DNA of 64,000 bases from Klebsormidium nitens. Its lineage: Eukaryota > Plantae > Klebsormidiophyceae. This document shows positions 12,753-26,800 of the stretch, in pieces; positions within the stretch are counted from its first letter, which is position 1; every line of letters begins with the position of its first letter. The notes beneath the pieces were generated by a model that did not search any database, was not told the origin of the DNA, and saw only the letters and a list, made by a program, of their open reading frames with translations. Both the position numbers and the translations under genes were made by a program. The stretch covers positions 160,792 through 224,791 of the forward strand of contig DF237032.1 of the NCBI GenBank assembly GCA_000708835.1, read 5' to 3'.

Positions 12753-13663
12753 GGCGGCAATCTTCAACGGCACCCTCTCAGCAACAATCACGATAGACTC
12801 GATTTCAAGTTCTAGATTCCTTCACGAAACGAAATGCGGCAGCGCTTGGTTTGCAAGCCTGCAGCTCCCCTCAAACCCTTTCCAATGCCCGGCCAGCACT
12901 GGCAGCCATGCGTTGGAAAGGCAGAAAGGCGCCCCTAGCCGCGCGCGGCCGCCGGGGGCCTCCAGTTTGGCGCGGCCCGGGCTGGCGGCCGCGCATATGC
13001 CACTGGCATCCGATGTTCCAACATTTGATGCCGGATTCATGCACGGCGTAAGGGTTTGGTCACTTTGGTCTTGGGTTACTAGCTAGACACTGGTTTAGCT
13101 GACCGTGGACCACAAACCTTGAGATGATGCAGTATATGTAGCCAGCCATAACTCTCTGTTGGTTCAATTTGAACCTCGAAAACCCATCGTCCAACTACCT
13201 ACACGTACGGTACTGCAGAAGCATTCATACATTTCCAAAGCAAAGGACTGCTCTTGCCAGGCCACTCAACATACCCGGCACTTCTATCATTGCTGGTTAC
13301 ATGAACGTTGGGTCATTTGCAAGATCATGCTTGGCAACACTTTGAACCATGAAAGGACTGTCAAATGAGCCCTGGCAAGGTCCCGGCAAGGTGGGCAAGG
13401 CGGGCGACCGAGAAGCCTGATTAACACACATCAATGACGCAGCTCAAATCCTTTATTCCCTTCTCAGTCCTATGCTTGGATTATTGACCCGCATCTGTGG
13501 TTAGAGCATACGTATGTATGTACAAGGTATGTAGTGGTGGCTAGCTACGAGCCTGACTGGATGTTGTACCAACTCTCAAAACTCTCAAGACGTTCCAACG
13601 CAACAAGAGGCACAAGATCTAGCCGAGCTTGAAAGTTCCCAACGCGTGCACCCACACATGACG

Positions 13664-16600
13664 TCAGTCATCTCCAAGATCAATCAAGATCCGTGGGCGC
13701 TTCTCTGGGGGGTGCGACGAGGTGGCCGCATTGTTGGGGAGAGTGCGGGCATTGGTTTCCCTTTCTTTCAGGACGTGACCCTGAGGAGTCGAACCCTGCA
13801 TCATCAGGCCGCCCACATCAGCAATTTGAACGGCTTGAAATAACGCGGTAAGTATAAGGGCTCGGGCAAAGGGATTGCGCATGTCCTCATCTTGTAGCCG
13901 CAGGCTTCCTCTACAGACAAGGTGCTTTGGTCACGGACAAGATCGCTCTGAAATTGTTCACAGATGGAGACTTAGAGGGGATGATCGAGAATGAGAACGA
14001 GTGCGGGGCTCGTAGGTGCTCATCGAAAAAACGACTCTTGTAGCACTCGAATTCCTTCAGGCCCTCAGGGTAGCATTTATATATATGTACTCCTACTGTC
14101 AAACTCAACATCCTTGACAACAAGGGAAACCAATCCGTACATGAACGTCATTCCTGCGTACCGCCTTACTTTTTGTTGCGCGCTCGGCTTCCTTCTAGTT
14201 GGCCAGATGATGAGCGCTACCTGATGGTACCACCGCTCCATGGTGCAGCCAGCGTTCCCGGTCGCTTCCTGGACCTTGCCGTTCGTCCACTCAAGGCCGT
14301 CGCATTCGAGATAGTCTTCCGGAAGCAACTCTGCATCACGGCGGCCATGATTCGGAGATCAGCCGTGAACTGGCAAGGAGCTCTTCTCGTATAGAATAAT
14401 GAGGCGTGAAGTCCCACCTTGAGATTGTGGCTCCACGCACCAATTTCCAAGGTCGAGAGGTCTTAACTTTTCGTGACCGAGCGTACGGTACAAGAGCGAT
14501 GAAGCCAATAGGGTCTAAGTCAGCGCCTGACATCACACCAAAGGAGCGGCTTAATCAGATCCCTGCGGATCTTTTCAGGTCGCAAAGGATTGTTGCGCCT
14601 CTTTAAGTACGGAACGGGTTCCTTACCCGACTCGTCGAACGTGAAGTCAGGAACTCGGTCGTCTTCGGATGGCGCCACGATGTTCGTGAGCTCCGTTTCC
14701 GAATCCTCGACGTCTACCAGACAGCCTTCGTCATCTCCGTAATGAACTTCGGCAGGCCCGCTTTCCGTCTTCTTGAGCATTCCCAGGTAGCACTGGATCC
14801 TGATACCTTGGGGGGCCTGAAAAGAACCAGAGAAAGTCTCAGCTGTTGGATACGAAGCGTCTAAAGCACGAGTTTCGATTCACCTGCGGAACGCTCTCGA
14901 GATTGCCGGCATTTTGTGCGGGTTTCTCGTAATATTGAAGCCGGAATGGGGGGCCAACCGAATATGGGCTTTCATCTGACTGTTGCAAGGCTTCGGACAT
15001 GCTTCCATGGAAAAGATTAAGAAGCTGATTGAAGATTGACCTGAGGTGCGTTTTAAAACCGGTATAGATGCATCCACGAAGCTTTATGAAATGTTCAAGG
15101 ACCGTCTCAAACATATGCAGACCCCACCTTCACGGCAGCCTGCCGCAGGACATCCGCCGCCGCGCAGTCCTTGCCCTTCAGCTTGTCGAAGGAGAAGCTC
15201 TGCTCACAATACTGGTGCTCCAGGGGAATCACCAGCTTCTGAGGGGCATCGGGATCTTGAAGCCAGGCAGTGATAGCTTTGAGGATCTTCTGGACGCTCC
15301 GACTGTTGTCTGCTGGCGTCAGACTTCGCATGGGACCTTGTCCGATCAGATTATAGACAAGGGCTAGTCGGTACCCCTCTCGCACGGGCAGGATCTCATG
15401 CTCACAGTCAGCGTAGAACGAGGCATAGAACATGTTGAAGAGGCCCTGGCTTCCGAAGTCGAATCTTTCCTCATTGCCCGCGTGCCGCACCAGAAGCTCT
15501 CCTGCAAAAAGAGTCGGAAGTGATTGGCTCATGCACAAAGCTAATTGACCGCTCACAAGATTCCGAAATTCGAGTAAAGGTGATAGACAGAACTCTTGAG
15601 GAGCCCTTTGATCCTCTACGAGGCTTCTCATTGTAGGCAACTTTGTTGGTACGTCAGATGCCTGATATCGCATTGAGCTTTCAGAAAATTTCGTCAATAA
15701 GTGCTTCAAGACCATCTCAGAGGGGCTACCGCTCCACTGGAGAAGTTTTGATTTGTGCGTTGCCATGTAACACGGAGGGCCCAGCAGTAAGACGGGCTTG
15801 ACAGTACTTACACTTTGGCCATTTGCCGTACTCTGCAACCATCGTGATCGAAGCCATTCTTGCTGCAGCGACAGTTTTCCACCAGAGTATGAGCGCATTA
15901 AGGACTTTATATATTTGAGACAAGCCAGAAAGCCTATCCTGACAATCAACGGCCTTTAGAAGTTCTACTTACCTCCAGCATGAGGGGACGGAAGAACTAT
16001 GACCAGGGTTGCAAACATCCCTGCCGCTTTCTCTGTATCCCTGTGCGGGGTGAAGCGGCCGCCAACCTCGTAAAGTAGGAGCTTATAGAGTTCCGGCACA
16101 ACTTTCAGATTTTCAGGCAGGCCCAACCGCTTGCGCAATTCGCCGTTGGCCAACCGGTCAACCATCAGGTGCCACTCAGGATTTCTAAGGACAATCTGCT
16201 TCGGTCCCAGCTGTAAGCATTTCCGGACATTCTCATCGTATATGGTGGCCTCCCTGCAACAAGAAGAAACATGAGTAGAGACTCTTTAAAGTGGACAAAT
16301 GTTTTGGAACTCGGGATCCAAGCTGCCTGTCTAATATTTAGCTAGGAAACAGGTAAGCAAGTGCCAGTCGCCGCCCTGTCAGAGGCTGATTGCTGTTGGT
16401 CTTTCTCTGCTTTCAAGTGGGTTTTTTGAAAAGAAGTGCACTCAATAAAGATTCCACATGATGCTGAGAAGAACTACTTATGCTGAACAACGGGTTTTTT
16501 GGCTGATTGACCTTGGAAAGATTTTTATGAAAGAACAACAGATTCAAAAGGGGCACTCTGTCACTCCGATTCAAAAGCTATCCAGGACATACGACATGTG

Positions 16601-16889
16601 ACATGTAGCTTATGCTCATGAGGAGGTTTTCGAAGATTCCAACTTTTCAAAGCGGTGGTGGTTGCGCTTACTTGCGCCCAAAGGGAGCAGCATTGCAAAT
16701 GCTCGCCAGTTCCTTTGCCTGAGAGGGCAGAAGCGGCAGCGCCACTTGGCCCCCACCTCCCAATGCAGGGACGCAAAGGCCTGGCAAGCATGTCTTAAGG
16801 ATGCCACCAGCTGCATAACTCCCCGAACGCGGTATGCTTTTCAGAGCACTCAGCAGTTGAGCTCTGTAGGTATTTTCTTCCTGCGCCAT
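13664..16889 (-). CDS. 2-oxoglutarate/Fe(II)-dependent oxygenase (prolyl-4-hydroxylase-like superfamily), ~450 aa; 3' end uncertain
   Basis: Exons 16889-16672, 16253-15973, 15501-15128, 14816-14627 and 14330-14170 (or stop at 14077), with a possible last exon 13795-13664. Motifs APFGRK, YKLLLYEVGGRFTPHRDTEK (HxD), FATLVIVLPSPHAGGELLVRH, FYADCEHEILPVREGYRLALVYNL (distal His and 2OG-binding Arg) and EATGNAGCTMERWYHQVALIIWP. Confidence 0.82.
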
Positions 16890-17816
16890 GGCTCAGCCAG
16901 AGAAGCCTGGAGAGGCAAGAGGGCCAGAAGGTTCAGCGCAAGCGTCAAGAGCGACGTGGCACTGCGATGAATGCAAGAGATGCACTGTGTAGATCTTTTC
17001 GCGCAAGAAAACGCTGCGCCAAGCGGCCGATCTATCTTCCTATCGGTTTGCAATTGGCATGTGCCGAAGTGAAGGCGGATACGAATTCCGAATGTTCTAT
17101 TAAACTTCTGACCATGTCAACCAGTCAGGTAGAGCTATTAGGTAGGTATCAAGCAGGCGTAGGATAGGTAGGATACCTAGCGTACGCAAAGCCTGCGCAA
17201 AGCGTTCAAATTCATACCTACAGAAAGGGCGCCAGTGCGATCCAATCAGGGCCCGCTGTCGTTGCCAAGGTGGCAGCTTCCGGAACCGTACGATTGGCTT
17301 GGACTGGTACACATGTGCGCGAGCGAGAACGACCAGTCCTTCCCCCCGCGCGTATCAATATCATGCACAGAAGCTTGGTCAACAAGTTCAAGTGAGCTGC
17401 GCATTGGCATGGCTTTAGCTCTGCAGCTTGCAGCAGGCAGCGAGTCTCCTTCTGCAGCTGGCATGCTAGTTAGCTGTGGTTTTCGCTCGAAAATGCTTGA
17501 GTACCCTGAATTAATCATGCAGGGCCGTCCAGCGAGTCTGCTGACCATCGCACTTTTGTTCCTCCAGAGGCAACATATCTAGCAAAGGGAGCGGCAGCTG
17601 GCCATTTGTGCAGTCTTGCAAATGGGTTCAGTTTCAGGAGTTAGCCGTGGCAACTAGAGAGTGGTGAGTAAGGTCATCTTGAGCTGCGACTGTATCTGGA
17701 ATAGGATGCATAAGCCGCAGCTCGCTGACAAAACGCTCAAGGTTTGACCAGTGAACTGCTGCACTAATTGGGCTTACCTTTATACATGAGGACGTGCGCA
17801 GAGCTTCCTCGGCACA

Positions 17817-20800
17817 ATGCTTCGGAGAAAGTCAGCGCGGCTTGAAGGCCCAAGCAAGGTATGCACAAAGGGCGGTTTAAGGGACCGCCCTTAAACCGAT
17901 GGTTACACTCAGCATTGCATCATCGTTGGCCCTGTGATCCCACCATGCAAAGCAAAGCGACCTATTGTTCTGCAGTGCATTGGCTAGAGCGTGTCTTGTC
18001 TCTTGGTTTCCAAATTCTGATTTCCTTTCCCCCTTCACAGCTTGAGCTGCGGCAAGTGATTGGCCACACAGCTAGCAATGGCAACGGGCTGGCCTCCTGC
18101 CCCGCCAATGAGGACGTGGCATATGCTGCCGGCTGTGTGGTTGTTGTCTACAATGCTGCAAACAACAGCCAGACGTCCTTCTACACGAGCTCCAAAGCGA
18201 ACAAGGCGATCGCAAGCGTGGCCTACTCACAGTCAGGGAGGTTCCTGGCAGCTGGCGAGGTAAGGGAACTCTTCGTATTGAGTAACATACGCGATGCTGT
18301 CGGAACTCAAGTAGCGCTCAATCCGTCTGAGCGCACAATTTCGTTTGAAGCCAGAGGGAACACTGCCTGAAGCAGACGCGCTTGCCCGCTCGCTTAACTA
18401 CAGCTGTGAAGTGCATGTAGCATGATCATCTGCCAACTTAGCACTGGTTGGCTCTCGAACAACGACTTTGCTGAAACTGGTGAAGACACGGTGAGACAGC
18501 ATTCTACCATCAGGGGCTGTCAATGACTGTCAACTACAGTCATTGACAGCCCTGTTTGAGTGAGGCAAGCTAAGTGCCGTGCAACAACTTGGTTACAACC
18601 GCCTGTCGGGTGTGCCTTTCACCTTCTTCCGCACCTCAGTTGCGCACCCCTCAGCTCTCAAAACCAGCGGGTAGACAGAAGGGTTTGGGTAACTCACATC
18701 GTTTAGGACACAAGATCATCCAATCTTGCAGGCAGGCCACCAGCCTGGAGTCCTCGTCTGGGACACCACGACAAAGGCCTGCGTCGCAGAACTCAAGGGG
18801 CACCGCTATGGCATTGCCTGCCTCAGCTTTTCCCCCCCTGGAAAGCATCTCGTCTCCGTCGGCGCCCCCCACGACGGCCAAATCTGCATCTGGGACTGGA
18901 AGAACGGGGTGCTCCTGGCAAAAGTGCGTGCGGCAGCGGCTGCAGCACCGATCTCCACGCTTGCGTTCTCTGCTGACGGGGCATTCTTTGCTACTGGGGG
19001 GGTCAAGCACGTGAAATGCTGGCCGGTGGGGGGGGTAGCCTGTCAACGCCTGAAGTCTGCTCCAGGCGGGGGGTTGGAGAGCCGGGCGGTGGCGCTGGGG
19101 GCGCAGAAGGAGGCGGACATTGTGAGCTTAGCAGCAGGTCCGAGTCCAAACTCTCCCGGGGGGAAAGTGATAGAGGAAAATGGAACAATGTACGGAGTCA
19201 CCGCCCCCGGCATTCTGTGTCTGCTGCGGGGGGGAAAGGCGCTTGAGAAATGGGTGGATCTGAAAGTGCAGGCGGCCTTTTGTGTCAAAGTATCCAAGCA
19301 GTACTGCGCATGCGCATGCGCCGGGGGGGTTGTCCGGCTGTTTGCGGTGAACACGCTCACCTACGTTGCCACGTTGCCGAAACCCGTTGCTCTCAAGTAT
19401 CATCTTGCGGGAGGAAACGCGCAACCGTCAGCACCGGAGGCGTTCCCGGACGCCGTTGGGTGCTCGTATATCGGAGAGAACAAGCTGGGTGAGAATACGA
19501 CCCGTCTGAATTGATCCTCTTTTCAACGTCCGCCGTCGCTTGCTCTAGCATCGCTCAATAGCTCTAGGTTGGTTGCGAAGATTCCCAGAGACTTTCGCCG
19601 TTGAAATCACAGTTTGAAATGCGTAAAGGCATGCTCTGCCGGCTGTGCTGCGAGATTTAGCTGCTGATCTATGCGTGATCTCAGGAGAGGCAGCAGCATG
19701 GCTTGCATCCGACGTATTGCGAATCAGGCGGTTGTTGTCGAAGAGAGTGGACGTTGACTAAGCACTGACGACTTCTGACTTGTGATCTTCCGTTCGCCAA
19801 ATCTTACACACGTCTGAAAGTCACTCCGTCTCTGTGGAAGATATGAAGTTCGTTGGATGTTCGAATCCAACCTGAAACTATCTTTTGACCATTCCATTAT
19901 TGCAATCAAACCTCCGTTCCCGAGTGTCGAAAACCCCCTTTTCCATGCCGGCAGCCGTGGTCTACTCCGACCACAGCCTCTACATTTGGGACCTGTCCAC
20001 CGTTTCCCACATCACGCTCGTACGCTGCTTCCACGGTCACGGGGCTTGCATCTGGGACGTCGCCAGTCTGCCACAAAGCGCTCCAACACAGCCCGGGGAA
20101 CGCTCCCCCGGGCTCGCGACGTGCTCGGCGGACGGGAGCATTCGTCTTTGGAATTTGGAGGAGCGGGGGGGGCAAGGGGGTGCGTTGGTGCCGGGGTGTC
20201 AGGTAAGGGAGTCAAGCGGTGGATTTTGAGTTTGGGTTCGTTCTGGGCGTCTGCCATTGGTGTGTGCATTTCGTGAGCGACGATGCGGGATCAGAATTTG
20301 ACCAGGGCTCCCTTGGTAAGTGTACGGGCAAGCGGGAAGTCCGGTGAACGTTTTAAAGGAGCGAGAAGGTCAGCTTCCAAAGATTCACGAAGCTTGACTA
20401 TCGAAGCTCGACGTTTTTCCAGCACACGGTGACTCTTTTTCAAAGTCACTTGAAACAGCTCGGTAACACATAGAAGTGACACTGTTCTCTCTAAAAGCTC
20501 TCTCGTATGCTTCTGCTTTCTCGTTGTCCAACGGTGCGCACGCCCACTTGATCAGTGGCAAAATAAGCATTGTCAAGCCGCCTCGATTCTTACAAGCGGC
20601 GTTTCTGCTACAGGAGCTCCTCGGCGCCTTCCACCTGGACGGCCCCGCCGTTCTGTCCGCCGGGGACGCCGTCCGTCCGTCCGGGTTCCGCTCCCTGGCA
20701 GCCCGGCCGGACGGGCGCCACGTAGCGGCTGGAGACCGGAACGGAAACCTGCGCGTGTATGATCTGGAGACCGGAAAGCTAGTGAGCTTCCAGGAAGCCC

Positions 20801-23800
20801 ACGACTCCGAGATACTGACGCTCAACTATCTCGAGAGCAGCTCCGGGGGCCAGAACGACGGCAGCTTGCTCGCGTCGGGGGGAAGGGACCGGCTGATCCA
20901 CCTGTATGACGTCAGCAGGTACGGGCTTACGTCTTTCAAAGGGAGTCCTCTTCGCTGGTTACGACGCCAGGCGTTATGAATCGTGGGTGTTACACTTGAG
21001 ACGTAGCATGCTGCGCTGTTGTGCTGTTCTCAGTGGAGGTCTTCTTCAACGTGAGAAACTTCAGAAACCCATCTCGCCTTCTGACAAGGCCCACAAGCAG
21101 ATCCGCCCGCTGCTTGTGCGCGCCTCTGCCAGAAAAGGATTATTTAAATTCACCGTATGCGTTTTAAGGACTTGCGAATGCAACAGCTGTGGATACCCGG
21201 TCTTGTCCCCCGAGAAGAGGGAAGAACTTTCGTTGCAGAAAGCGGGTCCATGCAGCCCTTTTTATTAACCGTCGCCTACTTTTTTCAGGAACTATGACGT
21301 CATCGAGACGCTGGACGACCACTCCGCGTCCATAACGGCCGTCCGCTTCGCATCCGACGGCTCCCGCCTGCTCAGCTGCAGCGCCGACAAGTCCATCGTC
21401 TTCCGGTCACTTTCGCCGGGCGCTTCCGGGGTCAAGTCCATACGCTATCACCAGGAAGTTGCCTCACGGGGAAGCTTATACGATTTGGACGTGGACCCGG
21501 GGGATAAGCTGGTGGTGACGGCCGGGCAGGAGAAACGGCTGACGTTGTACAGTCTGGCGACAGGCAAACCGGTGCGGAGCTTCCGACCGGACAGTGACGC
21601 CGGGGAGCCGATCAAGGTGCGTTTACCAAGGCTCGATACGCCAGCAACGATTTTCCATCAAGAGGACGGCAGACTTTTGCATGGTGGTATAGCGAGAACT
21701 CTGCGTTGGTGATTTTATGGAGTAATGTAAGGAAAACATCGCGTCAAGTATGAGTTGTCAAGAGAACCAAGGATTGGTTGTGATGAGCCGTGATCGCACG
21801 CTCCTGTGATTCCGTTTCTGTTGGGCTGCTTGGCTGGCATGGAAATAAGTTACAGAAAGCCGTTTTTGTCCAACCCGTCAGTATATTGGTATATCCAGCG
21901 CTTTCCAGTACAGAAAATTATACGAACGACTCAAGGCTAAAACTCCTCATTATCTGGGTTAGTAAGCTGCATCGGTGCGGGCGAAAATCACAGATTGGGC
22001 TTGCCCTCCAAAAACCCCGATATCCCAAAACCCTATGAATCTAAAAACTGAAATCTAACCTTCCTCAACCGGTCTCCTGCAGGTGAAGATGGACCCCGGG
22101 GGAGTCTCCCTTCTGTGCAGCCACTCCGACAAGTCCATCCGTATCTTCGACGTCCAGTCGGGCGACCTCCTCGCGAAAGGCACCGGCCACTCGGAGGTCT
22201 GTACCGGGCTCGTCCTCAGCCCCTCGTGCGCCCAGCTCATATCCGTAAGCGGCGACAGCTGTATCTTCGTCTGGCAACTGCCCGGAGATCTCACCCGGGC
22301 GATCCGCCGGAAGGCGGCCGCGTTCGCGCGCCCATCGGCACCCCCCCTGCCCCCATCGCTTATGCCCATTCCCCCGGATACGAGCTCGGTTGCGGTGGGA
22401 AAGCCGTCGGTTGAAAAGCCGGGGGCGGAAGCCCCGTTCACTTTCCCGGTTCCAGCGGAAGTTCTTGCGGAAGCGCGGCCGGCGGTTGGGGAGGAAGAGG
22501 CTGACGTGGAGGATGACGTCAGCGCCATCGATTTCAAGATGAGCGTGTCGAAGCTGCCGTCGTGGGCGCGGCCGCAGGGCGCGGCGGGCGCGGCCGCGGG
22601 CGGCAGGGGCGGTCAGCGCCCGGTCGTGGTGCCCGGGGAATCGAGATGGGCTCAGGTACGTCGGCGCCCGCTCTAGTTGCTTCTCGCTTCGTCATTTTGA
22701 TTTCTCCTCTGAGCGAGCTGATGTCTTAAGACGGCGCAGACTTCGATGCGGGGATGGTTCTCCCACTCGAAAGCTGAGGCAGATAATTCAGAAGCACCGC
22801 GAAAACGAGCGCTCTCTTCCCAGGTTCCTCTGAATCTCCTCGCTTTTGACTCGCGCAGTACTTCCGTGAAAGCGCTCACTGCAAAAGAACAGACTTTGCG
22901 CTCGAATCAAAACAAGCCTCACGCAGGTATATGGTGCTGCAAATTTCTTCAGTCCCTTCGGCTACCAATTCAACAAAATTTTCTTGCTCATTCCCGCAGC
23001 GCATTGGTCAAAAGGGATACCGGCTCTTCTCAGAGGGCGCCGAAGACAGCAACTGCCCAGGGAGTTCTACCGTGCGCACAACGCTGTTTCCGAAAGCAAT
23101 TCCAATAATTTTCCTCCGCTCGCAGCGCATTGGACAAGAGGGTTACCGGCTCTTCTCAGAGGGCGGCGAAGACCCCAACGGTCCGGGGGGTTCTACCGTG
23201 CGCGCGAGCGGGTTTGGCCAGAGCCGAAAGTTCACCACGGAAAAGACCGCCGGGCCCGCTCTGATGGAGAGCTTCAGCGAGAACGACGCGGAATCCGGCT
23301 TACGTCGGCACAGCTCGGATGGCGTCAGCGACGCGGCCGCGTATCCCGGCCGCGGGGCGCGGCGCGCGAGCGAGGGGGACGGGACGAGCTACATTCTGGA
23401 AGGTGCTTCGAGAGGTGGGGTTCAGAGGACGGGCGGAGAGAAGGGGGGGGAGAGAGAGGAAAAAGAAGAAGGAGAGTACAGCTCTGACAGCGACTTTGAC
23501 GAAGAGGAATCCCCTAAAACTCAGGAGAAGGAAGACTCGGAATCGGAGAAGATAAAGAGAGTGGATAGAGTGACGGGAGCTGAAATGGCAAACGGCGGTG
23601 TGAACGGGCTCGAGGTAGGTGTAAACGGGACTGGGGCTGGTGTGAATGTCCCCGAGGGCAGTGCGAATGGGCCGGATAATGGTGTGAACGGGCCGGAGGC
23701 GTGGGACGACGGCGATGAGGTGGAGTTGGGAGAGGAGATGGAGGACAGTCCGCGGACGGACCTGTTTGCGGACCACTTCGACAGCCTCAAGCGGCAGACT

Positions 23801-26800
23801 CCGGTGAGCGCTTCGAAAGCTTTCCAGGAATCTCTAGGAAAGTACGTTAATTTGAGCCCTGCGTCGACTAATTTGTACCAAGTATATATCAAACGCGTCA
23901 CGACGTGGGACGTTGAATCGCCTCATCGTGAACGCGTCGTCTGCAGGATCCTGAATTCAAAGTGTAGCGAGAATCGTTGTAGTGCTCGTAGGTGTGGTTC
24001 TCGTAGGAGAACTTTCTCACATCGGGTCTTTCACCGTTCTTTGCCGTCAAAGATCCTAGCCACGTGAGCTTCTGCGCCTTCACCCAAAACGGAGTTCTCG
24101 CGGGCTCCGGCGAGGGGGCTTGTATATTGCTGGCAAGGGGCCCCTGCATGTGCCCAAGAAAACGCCTTTTTTAAGAAAAAGGATGGAAGTTACTTCAGCC
24201 AACCATTACCTTCTCCCGCTTCCGCTTCGTGAACCTTTTTCTGGGATTGTCACAGGGGAATCAACTCACGCTCATCTATCCCCCTCAGGTTGACACAAAT
24301 CGTCAGAGCCTCTCCGCCCGCTTCTTCGCCCGCCTCAGCCTCAGCCCGCCACCCCCCTCCGACGCCCCCGCATCGGACCCCCCCGAGAGCCCGTCCGCCG
24401 GCGTCCAGATCGACCTCTCCGCGGACGATGACGACAGCCTGACGTCACAGCGCGAGCGCCTGAAGCAGCGCGACCGCGCGAGCCGCATGGCGGCCGAGGT
24501 CGCGCGCCTGCGCGCGCGCATGTCCGGCCTCGGCATCGCCGTCCTGCCGCGGCAACCGGCGGACGCCGCGGTGATGTCACCTCCCGCGTCACTACCGGCT
24601 GATGTGACGTCATCCTCCGGAGGCGAAGTTCAGGCTTTGAGCGGCGGCGGAGGGACGGACAGTGGGGCGTCGCAGAAACTAGAAGTGGGAGCTTGGATGG
24701 TATCTGACCGGGCGGGAAAAGCGGTTACTCCCCCGGGGACTCTGGACGAGGCGACACGCAATTCTTCCTTCCAGGGGGGTACAGCCAGCGCAGAAGACTC
24801 CGGTATTGCGACCCCCCCGCGAGAAGCATCTTCGCAATTGGAGGGGAGCAGCAATAAGGGACCGGAAGCTGGCGTCTTGCCTCACGCTTCGAGAACTAGA
24901 GGTGGGGAAACTAGAGGTGGGGAAGAAACCGCGGAAACTGTTCCCCCTCGGCGACTGAGCCCCTGGGCTGCGCGCACCAACCCGCTCTTCGATTCGGAAC
25001 ACGCCAGGGGGGAAAGCCCACCAGGCCCGGTACCCCCCCTCAACGCGGCCGCGCGCCTCGGCACCGCGGCCGGCTCCGAAACCCCAAACCCTGAGGCCCT
25101 GGAAGGCGCTGACGAAGATGAAGCGTCCCCTTGTGACGAAGAGGTCAGGAGGAGGAGCCACTTGTCGCCTCGCGACGGCGGCCACGTGTCCCCGGGGACC
25201 CCTCCCCCCGAGCGGTCGCAGTCCCCCGACCTGGATCACGAGCGGAACCAACGGACGGAACCCCCCTCGGAGCCGCTCATTCTGGACCACACGAAAAGGA
25301 ACAACACTACCCGGACAGCCTTAGATGCTCGGTTTGGATCGCCGAGCTTGGCCGAAGGCATCCCGACCCTTCCTATGGCTGGCCAGAAAGTAGACCGGGA
25401 AATTTCACCCGCTCTGTCGACTGAGTTGTCCTTTCCCCGGTTGTTAGAAGCGGGGAGTGAGCCATCTCCTCGCTTGGCTTCTCCGAAGGCGGAAGTGTCT
25501 GACTCAGAAGACGACGCCGAAGAGTTGCAAACGGTGGCTCTTTCCGGGGAGGCACTTAGGGTGGCATCCAAGGACTTTGAAGAGCCCAATGAAAATAAGA
25601 AAACGATTGCGGCAGACGGTTATGAAGGAGCGGTGGCTTATAAGACTAGAGGATCGGGTGGAGAGGATGCAAACGATGATATCCAGAGAGTTCCGCAACG
25701 AAAAACATCAGGCGAGGAAGCGCAGAAAGTCGAGAGTAGAGCTGCATCTGACGCAGGTATCGCTCCGCGCTTTGCGCTCGCGGAAGGTCACTCCCTCGGT
25801 GATCTTGCCTCCGTGTCGAGCGAAGACACGGCTGAAAGAGAAGCCGAACGAACGGCTGCAGATGGCCCGGAGCGAACGGATCGAACGGCTGTGGACGCTT
25901 CCGAATCAGCCGACGCTTGCGGCGGACAGAAGACAGTACCGTCCGAAGCACGAACGGAACGCAGCGGAGATGCGGATGTATGGAGCGGTGCCCCAGAAGC
26001 TAGAGAACCGGTGCAGTCACTTAGGAACAACCGGGGGCCTTCCGCGCTTGGATCCGTCGACGAAGACTTGGAGACGGTGCAGTCGGACGGGCCGGAGAGC
26101 TTGCCCCAACTGCAAAGCCAAGGTGGGATGCAGTCTCTTGTTACTGCGCAACGTTTTCTGCATTCCTCCATGCACCCAGGAGCGTTAGATTGAGCCATCA
26201 CAGGGCCACTGTACCTCATCTCAGCGCAGACTATTGCGCTTCTATGGATTTACCACTCATCCGATGCGGCTGAACGTTTCCTGGCCTGTTCTGATGAGGT
26301 GATGTGTCAAAATCCTGCTAATGGCAGGGGAAGACTTATCGACGGCTGACCCGAAACAGAAGCATCAGACAGAATGTACACCAACGGGGAAGTGCGGCAC
26401 TCTTGAACTTTTAGGATACTCTACGCCGGTGGACATGTGTACAATCAATCAAGCCCTCTCGGACGTGATTTCTTTCGTGGGTGCTCGCGACAAAGCTTGC
26501 GTAATATTGTACAATGCTTGAACATGATGTCAACTGGCTTGATCAAGACAGAAACTCGTAGAGATTCACACCAGCTGTTCCCACTCTCGGCAGGCTTCGC
26601 GCCCCGGGCCCCTTCCCCGGACGCCCCTCTCCGGCCGCCCCTCCCCGTCACGGAGTCGGTGGAGCTCCCCCGCCCGACGGAAGAATACCACTCCGCGCTG
26701 CGCGCGCTCGTCGACGCGGCCGACCGCGCGTCGCTCCTGTTTGAGGAGCTCAAGGCCTTCAAGGTGGGCGTCCAAATCTTGGTACCCCTCTCCCCGCCTG

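Noticed and set aside
13785-13800. GGTTCGACTCC (tRNA T-loop-like) on the minus strand
   Set aside because: No acceptor stem, D arm or anticodon arm can be folded, and it overlaps the probable last exon of the oxygenase.
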